Both the position numbers and the translations under genes were made by a program. The notes beneath the pieces are model-generated. The model searched no databases. It saw only the letters and a list, made by a program, of their open reading frames with translations, and was not told the origin of the DNA. From NCBI RefSeq assembly GCF_000299365.1, contig NC_018655.1, positions 1,290,001 to 1,322,000 of the forward strand: a DNA stretch of 32,000 nt, in the 5' to 3' direction. Position 1 is the first letter of the stretch. Every line of letters starts with the position of its first letter. Positions 16,970-23,725 of this stretch are shown piece by piece. Source of the DNA: Candidatus Nitrosopumilus koreensis AR1. GTDB taxonomy: Archaea > Thermoproteota > Nitrososphaeria > Nitrososphaerales > Nitrosopumilaceae.

Positions 16970-17734
16970 AATTGCAGCTTTTTCAACCAAGATATCTTCA
17001 AGAGGGTTCTTAGAGTAAACTGAATCAATTTGTTTTTTTGATATCTTAAAGCAGCTCTTCAAAAACTTGTCATTATTTTTTGAGAACAGTGGAATTGTTA
17101 TGGATGATAATTCTTCAGATAATGAATCTAAATTTTTTTTATTTCCGATTGCAATTAAAATAAAATCAGTTTTAGCTTTTATTCCAGCAGAAGAAATTGC
17201 AGCTGAAATTTGTTTTGTCAATGCAAAACGCATCAAAATATCGGTTTCAAGTTTTTTTGAAATCAAAATATTCTTTTTTTCAGATTCTATTGAAAGTGAC
17301 AAAATTTTTTTCAAATGAGAATTATTCAATACGAATTGGCTTGATACTGCCTGAAGTTGGAGTTTAGGGAATTTTTTTCTGAGATTATCAAGGAATGTGA
17401 CATCAATTGTTTTTTGCCCCTTTATTTGGATAATTTGGATTTGTTTTGAGGAAATTTTGTAAAGCAGTTTTTTTGTTGCACCACCATGAATTACAGGTAT
17501 TATACTTACGACATCATTATTTTTAATCATTGTATCTTTTCCATCCATTGCAGAAGAATCAACACCATTTACAGCAATCAAAATATTTTCAGTATCTAAT
17601 TTTGGAGAATCATCAGATTTTAATTGCAATAACAAGTCAATTAATTCTTGAATAGTAATGTCTGATTGTTCAATTTCTAATTCATCTTTTGAGAATGATT
17701 TTTTGGCACCGCCAACAAGTTTTACCTTAATCAT
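16961..17734 (-). CDS. cgi121: fusion protein: N-terminal MoaD/ThiS-type ubiquitin-like beta-grasp domain (ends HGG at aa 83-85) + C-terminal Cgi121 (KEOPS subunit)
   Basis: aa 1-85, MIKVKLVGG...ILIAVNGVD...DVVSIIPVIHGG, follows the SAMP/MoaD pattern. aa 86-257 align by eye with M. jannaschii Cgi121 (ETDILMRFALTKQISAAISSAGIK vs EILVRASGQRQIHEAIKIIGAK; LVEKAAILL vs LEKIALIEL). Confidence 0.75.
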   Translation of the reverse strand: MIKVKLVGGAKKSFSKDELEIEQSDITIQELIDLLLQLKSDDSPKLDTENILIAVNGVDSSAMDGKDTMIKNNDVVSIIPVIHGGATKKLLYKISSKQIQIIQIKGQKTIDVTFLDNLRKKFPKLQLQAVSSQFVLNNSHLKKILSLSIESEKKNILISKKLETDILMRFALTKQISAAISSAGIKAKTDFILIAIGNKKNLDSLSEELSSITIPLFSKNNDKFLKSCFKISKKQIDSVYSKNPLEDILVEKAAILL

Positions 17735-17772
17735 GATGTTTGATTAAAAGTTTGAAATTAATAATTAATTTG

Positions 17773-18150
17773 TTATTTGGATTTTTCTTCAGCAGTATCA
17801 GTTGTATCTGCTGCAGGTGCTTCTGTGGTTTCAATGGTTTCAGTTGTTTCAGCAGTCTCAGTTGTTTCTACTGCAGGTGCTTCTGTGGTTTCAGTTGTTT
17901 CTGCAGATTTTGTATCAATTTGAGATTCTTCTTCTAGTTTTGAAGATTCAATTTGAGCTTGTTTTGCCTTTGCTTCTCTAATCTCTTTTTTGATAAATTT
18001 TGTAATATATCCTGCAACTTCGTTTTTTAGGCCTTTTGAGCGAACAATAGAAACTTGATCTAAGACCTTTTTGTTATCAGCAAAGTCTTCACCAAACTTT
18101 GATTTGTGAGATTCCAAAACTTCGTATGAAAGGCGTTTTATTCTATCCAC
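17773..18150 (-). CDS. rps17e: ribosomal protein eS17 with long acidic Thr/Glu-rich C-terminal extension
   Basis: The N-terminal 60 aa (DRIKRLSYEVLESHKSKFGEDFADNKKVL...SKGLKNEVAGYITKFIKKE) match archaeal S17e. GTG start with ATATAAAATA about 25 nt upstream. Confidence 0.85.
   Translation of the reverse strand: MDRIKRLSYEVLESHKSKFGEDFADNKKVLDQVSIVRSKGLKNEVAGYITKFIKKEIREAKAKQAQIESSKLEEESQIDTKSAETTETTEAPAVETTETAETTETIETTEAPAADTTDTAEEKSK
17791..17893. repeat. tandem duplication (60-nt period) inside the eS17 tail
   Basis: CTGCAGGTGCTTCTGTGGTTTCA occurs at 17811-17833 and 17871-17893. The preceding 20 nt are near-identical in both units (17791-17810 vs 17851-17870). Confidence 0.7.
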
Positions 18151-18180
18151 GCCTCGTCTAAAGATTAGGGTATTTTATAT

Positions 18181-18936
18181 CTATATTCCAAGATATGAGT
18201 TTGAATTTTTTTCTAGCAGTATTGCAGTGTCGTCAAATGTTTTACCAAGAATTTTAGAGGCACAAAAAATCACACTAGGGATAAACCCAATTTGTCCAGA
18301 CTTCATTTCAAAACATCTAGAAAATCTAACAGGTCCATCAGTTTCTACAAGAATTTTAGATTCATCACTCTTTGACAACAAAGTTTGTTTGTCATTAGCA
18401 TAGATCATAACGGGTCCAAAGGATACAAAAAATCCCATATCCATGGCCCTTTGAAGTTGCTTTTTACTTCCATCAAACCAATGTAGTAAGGCATGTTTGG
18501 TATTATAGGAAGTCATAATTTGAAAAACATCATCTAGACTTTTTCGTGAATGAATAGATACTGGTTTGTGGAATTTTTCTGCAACAGATAAAAGAGTTTC
18601 AAAGACAAGAGTTTGTCTTTTAGAATCTTCATCGTTTTTAGTATAGGTAGGATCTAACCCTATTTCACCAATTCCAGAAAGAGTATCATGATTATTTTCT
18701 ATCATTGTAACTACTTTTTCCAAGTCATCATTTGCACATTCAGGATGAATTCCAATAAATGGCAACACAAGATTACTTTTTTTTGCTAGTTCCAAAGTTT
18801 GTATAGAGTTTTCTGCATCCATAGACACGCAACATGCTTTAATTTTCAAACATTCCATTTCTTTTAAAATGAAATCCATGTCAGAAGAATATTGAGGATC
18901 AGATAAATGAATATGAGAATCAAAATACCAAGTCAT
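18181..18936 (-). CDS. tatD: TatD-family metal-dependent hydrolase/DNase
   Basis: FDSHIHLSD, GEIGLD, SIHSR, LLHWFDGS, ETDGP motifs. Confidence 0.85.
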   Translation of the reverse strand: MTWYFDSHIHLSDPQYSSDMDFILKEMECLKIKACCVSMDAENSIQTLELAKKSNLVLPFIGIHPECANDDLEKVVTMIENNHDTLSGIGEIGLDPTYTKNDEDSKRQTLVFETLLSVAEKFHKPVSIHSRKSLDDVFQIMTSYNTKHALLHWFDGSKKQLQRAMDMGFFVSFGPVMIYANDKQTLLSKSDESKILVETDGPVRFSRCFEMKSGQIGFIPSVIFCASKILGKTFDDTAILLEKNSNSYLGI

Positions 18937-19032
18937 TTCTTGATCAATTCTTAAAATAGTCTGTATAAATCGATTCCTTAGTGATATTTTTTAACTCATT
19001 ATCTTTTTTCGGAAAAAACTAAAACAAAATTT

Positions 19033-19254
19033 ATGAAATCTTCAGAATTAGGTCTATCGGCCATGTATAGAATTTTGAAAAAAGCTGGTGCGGAAAGAGT
19101 CAGCGATGAATCTGCAGATGAATTAAGAAGAGTAATAGAAGATGTGGCAAATGGTATTGCTAAAAGTGCAGTAGACATGGCTTCTCACGCAGGTAGAAAA
19201 ACTGTAAAAGGTGAAGACGTGAAATTAGCTTCAAAGCCATTTAACAAATTCTAA
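19033..19254 (+). CDS. archaeal histone (HMf/CBF-NFY fold)
   Basis: LSAMYRILKKAGAERVSDESADELRRVIEDVANGIAKSAVDMASHAGRKTVKGEDVKLA matches the histone-fold consensus (RVS..A...........A...A.HAGRKTV...D). Confidence 0.85.
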   Translation: MKSSELGLSAMYRILKKAGAERVSDESADELRRVIEDVANGIAKSAVDMASHAGRKTVKGEDVKLASKPFNKF

Positions 19255-19293
19255 TCTAAAGAGTTTAATTGTTCATTTTGTGTTTTTCAAAAC

Positions 19294-19365
19294 GGTACTC
19301 TGGCAGAACGGTTATGCGTGGGCCTGCAAAGCCTATACAAGGGGGTTCGACTCCCTCGGGTACCT
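19294..19365 (+). tRNA. tRNA-Cys (GCA), no encoded CCA
   Basis: Hand-folded cloverleaf. Acceptor GGTACTC/GGGTACC, anticodon stem TGGGC/GCCTA with loop CTGCAAA, T arm GGGGG-TTCGACT-CCCTC, discriminator U73 (typical of tRNA-Cys). Confidence 0.9.
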
Positions 19366-19830
19366 TTATTCAACAATAACTTGTCCCTGCATCCATGGAT
19401 GTAAGGTACAAAAATAATCAAAAGTTCCTACATCATCAAAAGTAAGTGTATAGGCTTCAAAGGGATCCATATATCCACTATCAAAAAGATCTATGGGTGC
19501 ATCATAAAATCCAGATGTGACACTATGAAATGCAGAATCTTCATTTACCCATGTTACAGATTCACCTGCACTGATTGTAATGACAGATGGAATGTAGCAT
19601 CTATCTTCTGCCTCACAACCGGGACGAGAAACTTTTGTTGGCATTATAACATCACCTTTAATCTTAGATTCAGATTGAAAAATTTCTTTAACAGAATCTG
19701 ATGTTGATTCAGGAGCAGGTTGAGGTTCTGGCTCAGGTTGAGAGTCTACATCAAAATTTGAAAATGCAACAGCTAGAGCTATGATGATAACTATTCCAAT
19801 TATCCCATAGGCAGTTATTTTCTTTATCAA
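19366..19830 (-). CDS. membrane-anchored plastocyanin-like blue copper protein (cupredoxin)
   Basis: N-terminal TM helix, Pro/Glu linker, and type-1 Cu ligands FHSV...YFCTLHPWMQG (His...Cys-x2-His-x2-Met). Confidence 0.85.
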   Translation of the reverse strand: MIKKITAYGIIGIVIIIALAVAFSNFDVDSQPEPEPQPAPESTSDSVKEIFQSESKIKGDVIMPTKVSRPGCEAEDRCYIPSVITISAGESVTWVNEDSAFHSVTSGFYDAPIDLFDSGYMDPFEAYTLTFDDVGTFDYFCTLHPWMQGQVIVE

Positions 19831-19877
19831 ATCTTTTCACATCTAAAACAGAGTTATTACATAATTACCAAATTCTC

Positions 19878-19888
19878 TAAATATATAA
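19878..19888 (+). promoter_or_regulatory. TATA-like box (TAAATATATAA) upstream of the AIPR gene
   Basis: Centre lies about 23 nt upstream of TTG 19906, within the divergent intergenic region shared with the cupredoxin gene. Confidence 0.35.
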
Positions 19889-19905
19889 CATACTAGAAAA
19901 GTAAA

Positions 19906-21657
19906 TTGGCTCAAAATGGAAACGGGTTATTAGAATACATACCTGGCTCACACACACTACTAGTTCAAAAAAACTCTAGTCCACCTCTTGAAGGATTTGC
20001 AGAAAACGTTAGAGGCAGCATACATGAATATGCTGAGAATTCAAAAAGCGATGTTGAGAAAGGAAATAATTTTCTTCACTGGATATTAACACGAGTTTTT
20101 GAGGCTACAGAAGATGATGCTGCAGATGCAATCGTAGATGGAGCAAATGACTTGGGTATTGATGCATATCTTCCAGTAGATTTTTCAGATAACACAATTA
20201 GATTATTTCAATCAAAGTACGGAACATCTCATTCACTAGAGGCAATTGCAAAATTCAAAGAAGATACAAAAAGGTTACTTGCAAAAGATGTTACCAAAAT
20301 GAGACCAGAATTGGCACAGCTTGTAACAAAGATCAAGGAAAAAAATCTCAAAGTAAAATGCTGTTATGTTACAGATCAGGAAGTAGATTATCACGATGAA
20401 ATGGTAGAAGTAATTGATGAAAGAAAAATCATTCAAAAATTATGGGACAGGATAAAAAAGCCAGCAGCAGGTAAAAAATCATCAATACGACTAGAAAAAA
20501 TGCTCAGACATGAAAATACAATACTAGGTATTTTGAAACTACGTGAACTTACAGAATTTGTAAGTAAGAACAGAGATTATGTCTTTGAATCAAATATCAG
20601 ACAATGGATGCAGTTTAAGACTACAGTTAACAAAGGTCTACGAGAGACACTACAAAGTAATCCTAACAAATTCTTTTTCTACAATAACGGAATAACTATT
20701 GTAGTAAGTGATTTTTCAGAACTAGGTGAAAACATGATTGAGCTTCATGCACCACAAATAGTAAACGGTGCTCAAACATCAAATTCCATACTTGATCATT
20801 CAAAAAGAACAAAAAACATGGATGGCTCCATGACAGTAACAATAATCAAAGCAGATGATGAACAAGAACAAAACAACATCACAAAATATAGAAATTCACA
20901 AAATTCAGTGCGTGGAAAAGATTTAGTTTCTTTAATGGACTTTCACAAGTCAATCAAATCACAGTTAAAAAATTGTGGTTATTTTTATGAAATTCAAGCA
21001 GGTTCTTTTGATACAAAATCAAAATCCAAACAATGTGAATATTTGGGAGATTCTACATACAACAATTATCTTCCAGATAATCACAAAAAAGTTATTGTTG
21101 CAAAAGATGCAATTCAATCTTTAGTTGCAGGAATTGAACAGAGGCCAACAGAGGCATACAGCTCACCAGCTCAATTTCTCCCAAGAGGTAGCAAGTATGA
21201 TGACATCTTCAATGACAACCTAAAAGATGATTACAGAATTCTGTTGTACCCATATCTTGTTAAGGAATATGCAAAAAAGTCATTAAAATATGGAAAGAAG
21301 GGAGGTCACAAAACAAAAAGATACGCAACATTGTTCTTTGTTGCAGTGTACTTTAGAATACTACACAAGAAGATTTTGGAATCAAAGGGGGATTTTAAGG
21401 GAGACATTAGGAAAATAGAGCCTGTTTTTCGCAGCTTCAAACTTAATTCTAGAATTCTAAAGCTAGCAGACGTGATTGTAACAAAATTTCTTGAAGATAC
21501 AGTAGTCGATGATGAGATAGAGATGGCAAATACAAAGCACAATTTCTTTTCTCAGCATGTTTGGAATGAAACCATGCTTAGAGTGATTGATAAAAAAATT
21601 AGGCAAGAGGAAGATGAGATTTTGGCATTAAAGAAGCTAACAAACAGTTTGTTGTGA
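19906..21657 (+). CDS. AIPR-family abortive-infection (phage resistance) protein
   Basis: N-terminal nuclease-like module IVDGANDLGIDAYL...IRLFQSKYG and central FFFYNNGITIV...PQIVNGAQTSNSI. These match the AIPR (PF10592) signatures as recalled (TDGxxDGGIDA...FQSKY; YNNGIT; QIVNGxQT). Confidence 0.8.
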   Translation: MAQNGNGLLEYIPGSHTLLVQKNSSPPLEGFAENVRGSIHEYAENSKSDVEKGNNFLHWILTRVFEATEDDAADAIVDGANDLGIDAYLPVDFSDNTIRLFQSKYGTSHSLEAIAKFKEDTKRLLAKDVTKMRPELAQLVTKIKEKNLKVKCCYVTDQEVDYHDEMVEVIDERKIIQKLWDRIKKPAAGKKSSIRLEKMLRHENTILGILKLRELTEFVSKNRDYVFESNIRQWMQFKTTVNKGLRETLQSNPNKFFFYNNGITIVVSDFSELGENMIELHAPQIVNGAQTSNSILDHSKRTKNMDGSMTVTIIKADDEQEQNNITKYRNSQNSVRGKDLVSLMDFHKSIKSQLKNCGYFYEIQAGSFDTKSKSKQCEYLGDSTYNNYLPDNHKKVIVAKDAIQSLVAGIEQRPTEAYSSPAQFLPRGSKYDDIFNDNLKDDYRILLYPYLVKEYAKKSLKYGKKGGHKTKRYATLFFVAVYFRILHKKILESKGDFKGDIRKIEPVFRSFKLNSRILKLADVIVTKFLEDTVVDDEIEMANTKHNFFSQHVWNETMLRVIDKKIRQEEDEILALKKLTNSLL

Positions 21658-21666
21658 TTCTAAAAA

Positions 21667-21724
21667 GGTAGAGTCCAACCAAGTAAAAATCTTGCAGGAG
21701 GTTTACATTGGTCAGACTACTACC
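21667..21724 (+). other. 58-nt imperfect hairpin (about 19 bp) immediately after the AIPR stop codon
   Basis: Hand pairing: GGTAG/CTACC, AGTC/GACT, ACCAA/TTGGT, GTAAA/TTTAC, with two 1-nt bulges and one 2x2 internal loop. The 14-nt loop is AATCTTGCAGGAGG. Confidence 0.45.
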
Positions 21725-21778
21725 TGAATTTTATAAAAACAAGTGGTATTTAACATAATTTTTATCAAGTTTTCTAGA

Positions 21779-21982
21779 ATGTTTTTTATATCGATTAAAA
21801 AGAGCAGAAACACTTTGGTATTAAAAGAAAAATGTGCAATTTGTAGTGAAAAAATTAAGCTTCGTTTCAATCCGATGGAAGAATGGGGAATTGAAGGTTC
21901 AATCTGCGGAGATTGTTATTCAAAAAAAATTAACGAACACTATCCCGGTGATCATGTTAGAGTAAACAAGCACTTAGACTAG
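21779..21982 (+). CDS. small zinc-ribbon protein (67 aa from ATG 21779)
   Basis: CAICSEK...CGDCYSKK knuckles. TTTTATAAAAA at 21729-21739 favours ATG 21779 over the track's GTG 21743. Confidence 0.45.
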   Translation: MFFISIKKSRNTLVLKEKCAICSEKIKLRFNPMEEWGIEGSICGDCYSKKINEHYPGDHVRVNKHLD

Positions 21983-22563
21983 TTCTGATCTAATTTTGAA
22001 AATTCATTTGCATTAAAACAATTCCAAACTAGAGGATCAGTCTTTACATCTTTTTCTTCAAGAAATTTGATATCAGTGATTGTTTTTTTCCTTTTCAGCA
22101 AGTTTACTTGGAAACTAGAGAACTTTTTACAGTCACATTTGTTGTATAAACATACATCATCATCACCTTCGTCATGATCTGCTGCTTCATGACCACATTG
22201 ACACATTGCATCTTTTTTTACATCACTAAGGGATTTTTTAGCGTACGTACCCAATCGTAGATAAGCTTCTCCTCCATGTCCTTTCTTAAAGCGTTCATAA
22301 TTTTCTGATTTTTGTAAAATTTTAAAGAAAGACAAATTCGTGTCAGGTTTCTGTGAATCAGATCCCATAATGAACCAATATTTGTCGCCAACCTCTACAA
22401 ATCGGATTTTAATGGATGGATCTACCCAATAACGTATGGTATCATGCCACAAAGAAGCAGATTCTTTTCGATCAGAGACCAAAGGGACAACATTCATCCT
22501 AAGATCATAGTATCTGTAAGCAACACCAACAAAGTCATTAAACCAAGGTATTGAAGCAGACAT
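21979..22563 (-). CDS. hypothetical protein with Cys/His cluster (194 aa)
   Basis: Clean ORF. Contains MCQCGHEAADHDEGDDDVCLYNKCDCKKF (CxCxH-x5-H-x8-C-x5-CxC). No family recognised. Confidence 0.55.
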   Translation of the reverse strand: MSASIPWFNDFVGVAYRYYDLRMNVVPLVSDRKESASLWHDTIRYWVDPSIKIRFVEVGDKYWFIMGSDSQKPDTNLSFFKILQKSENYERFKKGHGGEAYLRLGTYAKKSLSDVKKDAMCQCGHEAADHDEGDDDVCLYNKCDCKKFSSFQVNLLKRKKTITDIKFLEEKDVKTDPLVWNCFNANEFSKLDQN

Positions 22564-22646
22564 TGTTGGCGAATCAGGCTAGAGATTATTTATCTGAACT
22601 GATTAATGGTAATACCCTTATATCTGAGTTTTAAAATAGAGTACGT

Positions 22647-22928
22647 ATGGTTTCCTATAGAACTAGTATGCAGATTGTTGCAGATTTGTTGACTGTTACT
22701 GAGCAGTCAGGACAAGAGGGCATCAAAACAACATCCCTTCTAACAAAGGCAAACTTATCACATTCTAGACTATCCAAATTCCTAGAAAATTTGACTGGCG
22801 CAGGCCTAATCAATAAAATAGAATTTGACGGAAAAAACACCTTTGTAATTACACCAAAAGGAAGACAATATTTGGAGTCTTATGCAAACTTTTCAAGTAT
22901 TGCAGAATCATTTGGTCTAGAACTCTAA
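22647..22928 (+). CDS. small winged-helix DNA-binding protein (COG3432-like), paralogue of 15411..15698
   Basis: LLTKANLSHSRLSKFLENLTGAGLINKI...FVITPKGRQYLESYANFSSIAESFGLEL. TTATAT box about 27 nt upstream. Confidence 0.7.
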   Translation: MVSYRTSMQIVADLLTVTEQSGQEGIKTTSLLTKANLSHSRLSKFLENLTGAGLINKIEFDGKNTFVITPKGRQYLESYANFSSIAESFGLEL

Positions 22929-22931
22929 AAT

Positions 22932-23144
22932 CTATTTTCTGGATCTTCGTCTAGCATTTGCCTTTTGTCGTTCTTTTTTCTCCTTGTAAGAACTGTAAAT
23001 GACGATAATGATTATTCCAGCAATGGAGCCGTAAAACAATGGAATGAAAGGTTGTTCACGAAGCTCACCTGTTGTTGGAGAGAAAAACGCAATTGGAATT
23101 CCAACTACCATAAAAATCAGAATTACAGTAAGATACTTGTCCAC
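22932..23144 (-). CDS. small two-TM membrane protein with basic tail (70 aa)
   Basis: Two hydrophobic helices and a KEKKERQKANARRRSRK tail. Paralogous to 23206..23391 (shared PLF(Y/W)G...G...I(I/V)(I/M)Y..(Y/F)K.K.E). Confidence 0.5.
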   Translation of the reverse strand: MDKYLTVILIFMVVGIPIAFFSPTTGELREQPFIPLFYGSIAGIIIIVIYSSYKEKKERQKANARRRSRK

Positions 23145-23205
23145 ATCCTACGTAATTTACAAAACCATATATCTTTTTGAGATCACCACAAAACTCAGAG
23201 AATAC

Positions 23206-23391
23206 ATGGCAAAAATGCTAGAATTAGGAGGATTGGTTTTGATAGCAATAATGTTTGCAAGTTTTGTAGGAGCTTTCCAACCTACAGTTGAACCTGGATT
23301 ATCACCATTATTCTGGGGATGTGCAGGAGCTGCCCTTACAATAATCATGTATAGAAAATTCAAAAGAAAACAAGAAGACAAAATTGAATGA
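23206..23391 (+). CDS. small two-TM membrane protein (61 aa), divergent paralogue of 22932..23144
   Basis: MAKMLELGGLVLIAIMFASFVGAFQPTVEPGLSPLFWGCAGAALTIIMYRKFKRKQEDKIE. The track ORF (23044) was trimmed to the internal ATG because the upstream part overlaps the opposite-strand gene. Confidence 0.5.
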   Translation: MAKMLELGGLVLIAIMFASFVGAFQPTVEPGLSPLFWGCAGAALTIIMYRKFKRKQEDKIE

Positions 23392-23480
23392 AAAAAATTC
23401 AGTAATTATTAAGAATTGATCAATATTTGATTAACCGACAGATCTATAAAGGACAATTTCAGGAAAGTTATGAGGGGAAT

Positions 23481-23567
23481 ATGGCAGAGCAAACTAAACA
23501 ATGGTGGGAAGGTTTAGGTAAAGAACTAGAGATTGACATTGAAACCCTTGATGAATCAAATTCTTAA
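23481..23567 (+). CDS. possible 28-aa micro-protein (MAEQTKQWWEGLGKELEIDIETLDESNS)
   Basis: Own translation. GAGGGG lies 6 nt upstream of the ATG. Very short and unsupported otherwise. Confidence 0.2.
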   Translation: MAEQTKQWWEGLGKELEIDIETLDESNS

Positions 23568-23598
23568 TAATTTAGAAATATTTTTGAAAAAAATTACA

Positions 23599-23672
23599 AG
23601 CCTCGGACGGGATCTGAACCCGCGACCTAACGCTTACGAGGCGTTCGCTCTACCAGGCTGAGCTACCAAGGC
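23599..23672 (-). tRNA. tRNA-Thr (CGU), no encoded CCA
   Basis: The reverse complement folds as acceptor GCCTTGG/CCGAGGC, D arm GCTC-AGCCTGGTA-GAGC, anticodon stem AACGC/GCGTT with loop CTCGTAA, and T arm GCGGG-TTCAGAT-CCCGT. Confidence 0.9.
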
Positions 23673-23725
23673 ACGTTTGGGTAAATCCATCAGAGTTAAT
23701 AAAAAGCCTTTCTGAGTTGGATTAA

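Noticed and set aside
17791-17893. Possible CRISPR-like or minisatellite repeat
   Set aside because: There are only two units, contiguous with no spacers, and they are in frame within the eS17 coding sequence. It is a coding tandem duplication.
21979-22563. Resemblance of the N-terminus (YRYYDLRMNVVPLVSDRKE...W) to primase-polymerase N-terminal motifs
   Set aside because: No DxD catalytic motif or other Prim-Pol signatures follow, so the similarity is too weak to name.
19294-23672. Calling the tRNA-flanked segment an integrated mobile element
   Set aside because: I could not see an integrase, transposase or duplicated tRNA 3'-end (att) sequence, and base composition looks like the rest of the window. 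It is reported only as an accessory-looking segment, not as a mobile_element feature.
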